Assembly (NCBI RefSeq): GCF_009938205.1
Contig: NZ_AP019654.1
Span: 2,236,540 to 2,260,539 of the forward strand
DNA length: 24,000 nucleotides
Origin: Vibrio panuliri
GTDB lineage: Bacteria; Pseudomonadota; Gammaproteobacteria; Enterobacterales; Vibrionaceae
Direction: 5' to 3'
The first letter of the stretch is position 1. Each line of letters begins with the position of its first letter. Made by a program: the position numbers and the translations under genes. Shown here piece after piece: positions 1-7,438 of this stretch. The notes beneath the pieces are model-generated. The model saw only the letters and a list, made by a program, of their open reading frames with translations. It did not search any database and had not been told where the DNA came from.

Positions 1-752
1 CATTGCTCAGAGTAGCCTTGAATATAAGCCTGCTCACCTGATGAAATCTGCGATTGTTCAATCCGTTTTGCTAACCCTAAGTCAATAACCTTAAGTCGGT
101 TACTCGACGTCACCATAACGTTTTGCGGCTTGAGATCCGCATGAAAAATATGCCGAGAGTGCGCATATTCTAGCGCTTGGCACAACTGATGAAGTATCGC
201 GATACGCTCATTTAGCGTAGGGTTGTGTGCCAGCCACGCCTCAAGTGTCACGCCTTGAATGTACTCCATCACAATGCAGGCGCTGCCTTGAATATTATCA
301 AAGCCATAAACACGGCAAATATTGGGATGATCCAGTTCAATTAAACTTGATGCTTCACGGAAAAAGTACTTTTCTAATCGCTGAGCACTGATCACTTCTT
401 TTCGCAGAACTTTAATTGCCGCTTGGTGCTTGCTGGTTTGGCCTTCAGCGCCATTGACGATTTGCTCGCCTAGATAGATCCGCCCCATTCCCCCCGACTC
501 AGACAATGGGGCAACAATTTCAAACCCCATCGCACAGTAGCCAGTTAAATCACTTTCTTGAGGCACATAACGAACGAAAGAGCGTAAGCCGTCATCATTG
601 AGCTCGGTCACATTGAGTGCCAACATATCCGCCAGATCATTAGCAAGATCGCGATCGAGTTGAGCAATTTGCGCTAAGCGCTCACGTTGATCCGCCGCAC
701 TTAATGACAATAACTCGATATACAGCTCTGTTGCGTCCAAACCCTGATTCAT
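1..752 (-). CDS. Hanks-type Ser/Thr protein kinase, N-terminal ~250 aa (gene continues past the left edge)
   Basis: Absent from the ORF track because it has no stop in the window. My reverse-complement translation from the ATG at 752-750 stays open to base 1: MNQGLDATELYIELLSLSAADQRERLAQIAQLDRDLANDLADMLAL... It shows a Gly-rich loop (SESGGMGRIY), a VAIK-type lysine (AAIKVL), a catalytic loop HADLKPQN and a DLG (DFG-equivalent) motif. It starts 4 nt after the sigma-factor stop. Confidence 0.85.
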   Translation of the reverse strand, partial: MNQGLDATELYIELLSLSAADQRERLAQIAQLDRDLANDLADMLALNVTELNDDGLRSFVRYVPQESDLTGYCAMGFEIVAPLSESGGMGRIYLGEQIVNGAEGQTSKHQAAIKVLRKEVISAQRLEKYFFREASSLIELDHPNICRVYGFDNIQGSACIVMEYIQGVTLEAWLAHNPTLNERIAILHQLCQALEYAHSRHIFHADLKPQNVMVTSSNRLKVIDLGLAKRIEQSQISSGEQAYIQGYSEQ

Positions 753-756
753 AATC

Positions 757-1341
757 CTAACTTAACTTCTTTTGCAGCCATACTTGGGCAAACTTTAAAT
801 CATTATCGACGGTACGCTTAGATACCCCCTTCAACTCAGCAATGTCCGTAATGGATGCGGTAGAAAAATGTTTTAGCTCAAACACTTCAAACTGTCGCGG
901 GTATCGGGCGCGCATTTCTTCCAAGGCGATGTAGAGATCGCGATTTAACTCGTGCTGGCTGGTGAACTCAGCGGGAATCGCCTCTTCCAGTTGGTCAAGC
1001 AGTTGTTCAGATGAGCTGAGCATCACTAAATTATGGTGCGCTTTACCAAACAATAAATGCCACACAGAAACCCGCACATATTCAAAAAAATCGCGACGAC
1101 TTTCCATTGGCACTTCATCATGTCGCCAACGGTGAAGCTTGACGATGGATTCATTCGCGAGCTCCGTTACGGAGCTTTCACGCAGCAGGGTGTCTGTTGG
1201 GCGCTGAGTTTGCATTAAGTTTGCAATGACCGCTTTAATATCATCATAAACATGATGAAATAGCTCTTGGCTTGCATCTTTGTCTCGGCTTTGCCACCCC
1301 ATCAACAGCTTTGTAGCGTGCTCGATGTCATATAGTGACAC
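757..1341 (-). CDS. ECF-type RNA polymerase sigma factor of the Ser/Thr-kinase-linked family (Sigma70_ECF-like)
   Basis: The tracked ORF is 757..1518. The C-terminus has a region 4.2 HTH (SITDIAELKGVSKRTVDNDLKFAQVWLQKKL). The N-terminal core ATKLLMGWQSRDKDASQELFHHVYDDIKAVI matches the typical start of this ECF family. I prefer the GTG at 1341, preceded by GGAGA 5 nt upstream. The residues upstream of it (CCCFLCSSSS...) look non-coding. The start is uncertain (1302, 1341 or 1518). Confidence 0.8.
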   Translation of the reverse strand: MSLYDIEHATKLLMGWQSRDKDASQELFHHVYDDIKAVIANLMQTQRPTDTLLRESSVTELANESIVKLHRWRHDEVPMESRRDFFEYVRVSVWHLLFGKAHHNLVMLSSSEQLLDQLEEAIPAEFTSQHELNRDLYIALEEMRARYPRQFEVFELKHFSTASITDIAELKGVSKRTVDNDLKFAQVWLQKKLS

Positions 1342-1584
1342 AATATTCTCCAAGGTTTCATACAAAGAAGCTATGCTACTCGACGAGCATAAAAAGCAAC
1401 AACAGCGATGTTGTGTTTTGTTAACTATTTCCGTAATTAAACCGAACCACAACAGATTGTCAGCTTGCCAATCATTGTTCATGCAATCGAGGGACGTTTT
1501 TCTCCTCATTTCGCGCACTTTGTTTCAACTTATCATTGGCGCGAGTATCCCACTCAACTGGTCGTTCACATTGAGGGAAGAGAG

Positions 1585-2346
1585 ATGCAAAAGATAATCA
1601 TCAGTGCTCTGCTTGCCTGCAGCTTTGGCGCGAGTGCCGATTACAAAAACTTTGCTTGGTCAATCAGTGATAAAGCAGGAAACCGAGTTTATGACACCAG
1701 CAATGTCATCAAGGCCGCAATTGAGCAAGACAACTTTATTTCGCTGGCTTATCACTCTCAGTTTGAAAGCGCATCTGCCGATCTCTTTCGGCAAGTAAAC
1801 ACGTTAGGTAAGTTTGAACTGGACGCGTTTGCTTCCCCTAGCCTTATCAAAGGCATTCAACAACTAGTCAATGAGTTTGCTTGTGCAACCTACCGATTTC
1901 ATGCAGGTGACGGTGAGAGCCGTCGTTGCAATGGGCTTAGTATTGATAACAAAACCAAAGAAGGTAAGCCGTTCCAAGGTGGGCAGTTCGTCGAGAATCG
2001 ACTTCAAGTGGCGATAAACAGTATTCGCTCCAATATGCCCAATCGCAGCTATGATATCTATCTGCCGAGCACTCAAGAAGTGTCGCTTGATTACACTTGG
2101 GGCGCCGTCCATGAACTGGGATCATTTTTTGTTCACCAACGAGACCGCAAAGACACGGTGCTCACTGTGTATATTGAAGGGTATAAACTCGATGCCAATG
2201 GAGAAAGGGGCGCGAAAGTTACATCACGCCCTGAAATTATCTTTGTCGTCATTCCGCGAGCATCAAACATCGGTAAGCAGGGCAGCGAAAATGCCGCTGC
2301 GTCATTTGCACGAGCGAATGCCGATATTATCGTCCCGCTATATTAG
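1585..2346 (+). CDS. Secreted or periplasmic hypothetical protein with a signal peptide
   Basis: Internal ATG at 1585 of the tracked ORF 1465..2346, preceded by GAGGGAAGAGAG. The N-terminus MQKIIISALLACSFGASA-DY is a classic Sec signal with an ASA cleavage motif. I recognise no family. It is divergent from the sigma/kinase operon. Confidence 0.6.
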   Translation: MQKIIISALLACSFGASADYKNFAWSISDKAGNRVYDTSNVIKAAIEQDNFISLAYHSQFESASADLFRQVNTLGKFELDAFASPSLIKGIQQLVNEFACATYRFHAGDGESRRCNGLSIDNKTKEGKPFQGGQFVENRLQVAINSIRSNMPNRSYDIYLPSTQEVSLDYTWGAVHELGSFFVHQRDRKDTVLTVYIEGYKLDANGERGAKVTSRPEIIFVVIPRASNIGKQGSENAAASFARANADIIVPLY

Positions 2347-2350
2347 CAAC

Positions 2351-2373
2351 ATGCCCTCAACGAAGGAGGGCAT
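2351..2373. terminator. Hairpin between convergent genes (possible bidirectional terminator)
   Basis: ATGCCCTC-aacgaag-GAGGGCAT is an 8-bp perfect stem. It lies 5 nt after the stop of the + gene and 9 nt after the yghU stop. There is no clear U-tract on either strand. Confidence 0.35.
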
Positions 2374-2381
2374 CGACACTA

Positions 2382-3248
2382 TTATTTAGGTTGCTTAGCT
2401 AGAGCTTGATCAATATCGTCAGCGCTATGACGCTCAGCGACTTGCTCCCACTCTTCTCCCCAACTACGATTCACAATTCGACCACGTTGAACGGCTTGGC
2501 GCTCAGAAATATCCTCTGCCCAACGGAGTAGATTCGGATAGCTCGCAACATCCAAAAACTCTGCGGCATCATACAACTTACCAAGCACTAAATTGCCATA
2601 CCAAGGCCAGATGGCAATATCAGCAATGGAATATTCATCCCCGGCAAAATAACGGTGTTCAGCTAAATGCTGGTCAAGCAAGTCAAGTTGGCGTTTGGTT
2701 TCCATCGTAAAACGGTTGATTGGGTATTCAAACTTTTCTGGCGCATAAGCATAGAAATGACCAAAGCCACCACCCAAATATGGGGCACTACCTTGTAGCC
2801 AAAATAGCCAGTTCATCGCCACGGTTTTATTGGCTGGGTCTTTGGGTAATAGGTAGCCAAATTTCTCGGCTAGGTAAAGCAGGATATGTCCCGATTCAAA
2901 TACGTTAACAGGCGGTGATACCGACCGATCAACCAAGGCTGGAATCTTTGAATTTGGGTTAACTTCGACAAACCCCGAGGAAAATTGATCGCCATCGCCA
3001 ATTCGAATTAAATACGCATCATACTGTGCTTCATTCACACCCAGCGCGAGCAACTCTTCGAGCATAATGGTGACTTTCTGACCATTTGGCGTACCCATCG
3101 AGTAAAGCTGCAATGGATGCTGCCCCACTGGGAGTTGCTGCTCATGTCGAGCGCCTGCCGTTGGACGATTGATACTAGCCCAAGTGCCGCCTGTTTCGGT
3201 ATCCGTAGTCCACACTTTTGGTGGGATATATTCACTTGCCATGACCAT
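2382..3248 (-). CDS. yghU: Glutathione S-transferase family protein, YghU-like (Nu class)
   Basis: 288 aa, the same length as E. coli YghU. Long near-identical blocks as I recall that protein: HPLQLYSMGTPNGQKVTIMLEELLALGV, IRIGDGDQFSSGFVEVNPNSKIPAL, MNWLFWLQGSAPYLGGGFGHFY, INRFTME. Confidence 0.9.
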   Translation of the reverse strand: MVMASEYIPPKVWTTDTETGGTWASINRPTAGARHEQQLPVGQHPLQLYSMGTPNGQKVTIMLEELLALGVNEAQYDAYLIRIGDGDQFSSGFVEVNPNSKIPALVDRSVSPPVNVFESGHILLYLAEKFGYLLPKDPANKTVAMNWLFWLQGSAPYLGGGFGHFYAYAPEKFEYPINRFTMETKRQLDLLDQHLAEHRYFAGDEYSIADIAIWPWYGNLVLGKLYDAAEFLDVASYPNLLRWAEDISERQAVQRGRIVNRSWGEEWEQVAERHSADDIDQALAKQPK

Positions 3249-3529
3249 TCCTTATCGATTGTGGTTTGTGCCCAAGTCACTTAGTGTCTGTTCATTTTAG
3301 TCTTAAACGTTCTACAACATCGACAAGCTCAACTCAAGCGAGGAACTCAATCGCAGCAAACAGCCAACTTGGGTTATCGCGATCAATTATCTGGCGATAA
3401 CTTGCGCAAATACAACCTTTAATTAACCAATTTGTTATTGTCTTACTTATGCTGGTCACATTTCTCCTTGACCCATCTACTGAGCTAGGGTTTAGTGTGC
3501 GGCCCTAAATAGTAAATGTTGAGGAAATC

Positions 3530-4882
3530 ATGTCTCTTGGATTCGATTTTGGCACGGCCAATTGCTGCGTCGCCCACCTTGTTGAAGGCAAAGTGTCCCC
3601 TATCCCATTGGTCGATGACAATATCTACCTCCCCTCAACCTTGTGCGCCCCCAATGCTGAGTCTGTCTCGGAGTATTTATTTCGTTGTTTAGATATTACC
3701 CCTAGCAATGACACTAACCAAGCCGTGTTGAGACGAGCAATCAAGATCAACCGCGAAGAAGGGCTGGATATCCACGCTGACGACGTAAAATTTGGTCATC
3801 AAGCACTCAAGCTTTACCTAGAGGACCCTAAAGACGTTTACTTCGTTAAGTCACCAAAGTCCTTTCTTGGTGCGATGGGACTTAGAGACATGCAACTCTC
3901 TTATTTTGAAGATCTTGTTTGCGCAATGATGAGCAACATCAAACGCAGCGCCGAGGCCAATACTAATCAGTCGTTTGAACAAACCGTGATTGGCCGACCA
4001 GTGAACTTCTTGGGACGCGGCGGTGAAGCGTCAAATATTCAAGCCGTCGACATCTTAACTCGCGCAGCGAAACGAGCCGGGTTTAAAGATATTGAATTTC
4101 AATATGAGCCTGTCGCAGCGGGTTTGGATTTTGAAGCAACACTAACCACTGACCAAAATGTGTTAGTGGTCGATATTGGCGGTGGTACCACCGACTGCTC
4201 AATGATCCAAATGGGGCCATCGTGGCAGGGTAAAATGGAACGCAAAGAGTCACTATTGGCGCACACGGGGCAAATGGTGGGCGGTAATGATCTTGATATC
4301 TTTATTGCCTTTCGCTGCCTGATGACGGAATTTGGTCTTGGCAGCAAACTGAAGAGTGGATTGGATCTGCCGTTAATTCAATTCTGGAATGCGATTGCAA
4401 TCAATGATGTACAAGCTCAGCGCGATTTCTATGCCCACGATAACTTGTCGATGTTACGTCAGTTTCACAAAGAAGCACTTGAGCCGCAAAAACTGCAGCG
4501 TCTGGTCGCATTACATCAAGAGACTCTTGGGCATAGCGTAATTCATCAGGCGGAGTTGGCTAAAATTGCCATGTCAGAGCAAACCGACTATGTCACCAAT
4601 ATTGATTTGGTCAGTGAAGCCTTTGAAGTTGCGACCGATCGCGCCAGTATCGATGCTGCGATTGAAAACCCAATGAACAAAATTCGTGCACTCGTCCAAG
4701 AGGCGGTAACTCAAAGTGGGATTAAGCCCGATGTTATCTATATGACAGGGGGTTCTTCACGCTCAACAGCGCTGACGTCAGCCGTTGCTTCCGTGCTACC
4801 TAATACCGAAATTATCAGTGGTAACTATTTTGGTTCTGTTACCGCGGGACTGACCCACTGGGCAAATCTCATCTATCGCTAG
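3530..4882 (+). CDS. yegD: Hsp70/actin-fold ATPase, YegD-like putative chaperone
   Basis: 450 aa, the same length as E. coli YegD. Shared blocks: GFDFGTANC, VKSPKSFLGA, FEDLVCAMM, FQYEPVAAGLD, VVDIGGGTTDCS, YMTGGSSRS, FGSVTAGL. A GAGGAAA Shine-Dalgarno sits before the ATG. Confidence 0.9.
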   Translation: MSLGFDFGTANCCVAHLVEGKVSPIPLVDDNIYLPSTLCAPNAESVSEYLFRCLDITPSNDTNQAVLRRAIKINREEGLDIHADDVKFGHQALKLYLEDPKDVYFVKSPKSFLGAMGLRDMQLSYFEDLVCAMMSNIKRSAEANTNQSFEQTVIGRPVNFLGRGGEASNIQAVDILTRAAKRAGFKDIEFQYEPVAAGLDFEATLTTDQNVLVVDIGGGTTDCSMIQMGPSWQGKMERKESLLAHTGQMVGGNDLDIFIAFRCLMTEFGLGSKLKSGLDLPLIQFWNAIAINDVQAQRDFYAHDNLSMLRQFHKEALEPQKLQRLVALHQETLGHSVIHQAELAKIAMSEQTDYVTNIDLVSEAFEVATDRASIDAAIENPMNKIRALVQEAVTQSGIKPDVIYMTGGSSRSTALTSAVASVLPNTEIISGNYFGSVTAGLTHWANLIYR

Positions 4883-4913
4883 AGAGTCAGTTTATCATCG
4901 CGAATCACTCATG

Positions 4914-4958
4914 CGCTTAGTTCAATCCAACGCGATAAGGTTGTGATTGAATTAAGCG
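4914..4958. other. Long imperfect hairpin between convergent yegD and the GGDEF gene
   Basis: CGCTTAGTTCAATC(CAAC)...(GTTG)tGATTGAATTAAGCG. The arms are about 14+4 bp with one G-U/mismatch and one bulge. No U-tract is present, so it could be a terminator or a small repeat element. Confidence 0.3.
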
Positions 4959-4971
4959 ATGGGAAGAGTAA

Positions 4972-5988
4972 TTACGCCATTTCTTGTGCAGTTATGCAGG
5001 CTTTATAAGTCACACAATTTCGGTTATTACTCTTCGATTCATACAGAGCTTCGTCTGCTGCCTCAGCCAAATAACGGCGAGAAAGATCCCGATTAGGATA
5101 GATGGAGCTCACTCCTAAGCTCGCTGTTACGATGGATCTTCCCGATTCATCATTGTGAGGGATTTGCAGTTCAGCGATCACGTTTCTCACTTTTTCCGCA
5201 ACCAACTCAGCCCCCGACTGTTCGGTATCTGGTAACACAATCGCGAACTCTTCCCCACCTACTCGCGCCACTCTATCGAGTTCTCGTAGTTGCATGGTTT
5301 GTAGCGCTTTCGCGACAGTTCTTAAACAATCATCGCCAAGATGGTGACCAAAGGTGTCGTTATAAAGTTTGAAATGGTCAATATCGAGCATGATCAGCGA
5401 CAATGCCGTTCCAGCACGTGACGCTCGCTCCCACTCTTCAGCAAAGATTTGTTCAAAACGACGACGGTTGTACAAGCCAGTTAAGCTGTCTGTGGTTGAA
5501 AGCATCAACAGCTGCTCGTTGGTTTCTTCTAGTTGCTGCTGCAGTTCCTCAAGCTCTGCCAACTTTTGGTCAAACTCAATGGTCTTACGGCGCAAGGCTT
5601 CTCGCTGCTCATACAACTCAATAAACACCCTTACTTTGCCTCTAAACACCACAGGTTCAAGCGGCTTGAACATGTAATCGACTGCACCAGACTCATAACC
5701 ACGAAAAACTTGGGTTTCGTTCTTTGAACGTGCGGTAACGAAAATTATCGGAATAGTTTTGGTTTTCTTATTGCCGCGCAGCAACTCCGCGACCTCATAA
5801 CCATCCATTCCCGGCATTTGCACATCGAGTAGCACTAAAGCAAATTGATGATCCAGCGTATGTGCTAACGCTTCCTCACCGCAGCTTGCGCGCACAATAT
5901 CGACATCAAAAGACTCCAATAACACTTCTAGCGCAATCAGGTTTTCAGGACGGTCATCCACGATTAAAACACTCGGACGTTGCGTCAT
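4972..5988 (-). CDS. Response regulator-diguanylate cyclase (REC, coiled coil, GGDEF; PleD/WspR-like)
   Basis: The receiver has LIVDD...LLDVQMPGMDGY...FVTA. The GGDEF domain has DSLTGLYNRR, an active site GGEEF and an intact I-site RELD five residues upstream of GGEEF. The start overlaps the cheB stop by 4 nt. Confidence 0.9.
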   Translation of the reverse strand: MTQRPSVLIVDDRPENLIALEVLLESFDVDIVRASCGEEALAHTLDHQFALVLLDVQMPGMDGYEVAELLRGNKKTKTIPIIFVTARSKNETQVFRGYESGAVDYMFKPLEPVVFRGKVRVFIELYEQREALRRKTIEFDQKLAELEELQQQLEETNEQLLMLSTTDSLTGLYNRRRFEQIFAEEWERASRAGTALSLIMLDIDHFKLYNDTFGHHLGDDCLRTVAKALQTMQLRELDRVARVGGEEFAIVLPDTEQSGAELVAEKVRNVIAELQIPHNDESGRSIVTASLGVSSIYPNRDLSRRYLAEAADEALYESKSNNRNCVTYKACITAQEMA

Positions 5989-6596
5989 TTTTCACACTCA
6001 CATAGGCTGTTTAAAAAATCACCCATTTGCTCAATAGGAACAATATGGTCCACCTCCACAGCTTCAATAGCTGCTTGTGGCATAGCTTGCGCTTCAGCAC
6101 TTTCGATTGACTGAACCACTGCAATGCCTCCTTTTTGTTTGATTCGGGCGAGTCCTTGCGCACCATCCGAGTTTGCCCCAGTCAACACCACCCCGATTAA
6201 GTGTTGACCATAATACTGAGCTGCAGTCTCAAACAACACATCGATAGAAGGACGCGAATAGTTCACTGGAGGGTCAATAGACAAGGCAATTGATCCATCA
6301 ACTTCCACCATCATGTGATAGTTAGGTGGCGCGATATACAACGTGCCACGGCGTATCGGTTCTTTATCCTCCCCTTCCTTAACCGTAAGTTGAGAACGAT
6401 ATTCGAAGTGGGTCGCCAAATAACTTTCTACATTTGGGCTGATATGTTGCACCAACAGGATTGGTAGACAGAAGCTTGATTTTAGCTCCCGCAATACCTT
6501 TTCCATTGCCGCTAAACCACCCGCTGATGCACCAATCACAACAGCATGATATTGCTCATTACCACAGTTGATTGCCACACGACCTCCGCTACACAT
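5985..6596 (-). CDS. cheB: CheB-type glutamate methylesterase/glutamine deamidase, catalytic domain only (no receiver)
   Basis: 203 aa. Catalytic-triad contexts are present: VIGASAGG (Ser), LLVQHISP (His), LTGANSDGAQG (Asp). There is no N-terminal REC domain. It overlaps cheR by 8 nt and the GGDEF gene by 4 nt. Confidence 0.85.
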   Translation of the reverse strand: MCSGGRVAINCGNEQYHAVVIGASAGGLAAMEKVLRELKSSFCLPILLVQHISPNVESYLATHFEYRSQLTVKEGEDKEPIRRGTLYIAPPNYHMMVEVDGSIALSIDPPVNYSRPSIDVLFETAAQYYGQHLIGVVLTGANSDGAQGLARIKQKGGIAVVQSIESAEAQAMPQAAIEAVEVDHIVPIEQMGDFLNSLCECEK

Positions 6597-7437
6597 TCAA
6601 CGCTGAGCGCTTCTTGCGATAAATCTTCTCTCGTTCAGAGACCAACTCAAACTTATCGGCGACATCGGCGAAGCGCAGGCTCTCTTTGGAACCCAAACAT
6701 AAAAAACCACCTGGGACTAAGCTGTCGTAGAAAAGCTGAAACACCTTGTTTTGCAACTCTCGATTAAAGTAAATCAAAACGTTACGACAGAAGATAACAT
6801 TCATTTCGCCAAAAACACCGTCTGTGGCTAAGTTGTGCGGCGTAAACAGTACTCGCTCGCGTAAACGGCTCTGCATAATGACGTGGTCATAATCAGCAGT
6901 GTAATAGTCAGAGAAAGAGTTAATCCCCCCGGCCGCCTGATAGTTTGTGGTGTACTGACGCACCAGATCCATCGGGTAGATCCCTTTTTGCGCCTTCTCT
7001 AAAATGGCTTCATTAAAGTCCGTTGCATACAACTGTGCCCGCGAGGTCATGCCTTCTTCTTCAAGCAAGATCCCCATAGAGTAGACTTCTTGACCAGCAG
7101 AACACCCTGCATGCCAAATCTTGACGAATGGATAGGTGTGTAGATGCGGCAAAACGATCTCACGCACTTTCTTATAGAACCAAGGATCACGAAACATCTC
7201 AGTAACGTTAATCGAGAGATCCAGCAAAATCTGTTCGAAAAAGCGTGGGTCGTAAATCACCTTATGTTGCATTTGCGAATAGTTCGTCATGCCCTCTAAT
7301 GCGCGTCGATACTCTAAGCGACGGCGAGTATGCGCCACAGAGTACTCACGAAAATCGTAGCCGTACTTGCGATAAATCGCTTCTAGAAACAGTTGGATTT
7401 CCAATTGCTCGTCGTCAATGTCAATCACATCACTCAT
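6589..7437 (-). CDS. cheR: CheR-type protein-glutamate O-methyltransferase
   Basis: 282 aa. The N-terminal helical domain carries TEMFRDP. The SAM-binding fold carries IWHAGCSAGQEVYS, ATDFN and IFCRNVLIYF. The start lies 1 nt downstream of the kinase stop. Confidence 0.9.
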   Translation of the reverse strand: MSDVIDIDDEQLEIQLFLEAIYRKYGYDFREYSVAHTRRRLEYRRALEGMTNYSQMQHKVIYDPRFFEQILLDLSINVTEMFRDPWFYKKVREIVLPHLHTYPFVKIWHAGCSAGQEVYSMGILLEEEGMTSRAQLYATDFNEAILEKAQKGIYPMDLVRQYTTNYQAAGGINSFSDYYTADYDHVIMQSRLRERVLFTPHNLATDGVFGEMNVIFCRNVLIYFNRELQNKVFQLFYDSLVPGGFLCLGSKESLRFADVADKFELVSEREKIYRKKRSALNV

Positions 7438-7438
7438 A

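Noticed and set aside
1342-1518. N-terminal 59-aa extension of the sigma-factor ORF (MREMRRKTSLDCMNNDW...CCCFLCSSSS)
   Set aside because: The composition is unlike a sigma factor. The family-typical N-terminus (ATKLLxxWxxxD) begins just after a GTG at 1341 that has a GGAGA Shine-Dalgarno. The extension would also leave only 66 bp for two divergent promoters.
1280-1597. 105-aa + strand ORF, with neighbouring short ORFs at 1604..1798, 1864..2125 and 2051..2389
   Set aside because: They are antisense to, or out of frame within, the better-supported sigma-factor and secreted-protein genes. They have no Shine-Dalgarno and no recognisable motifs.
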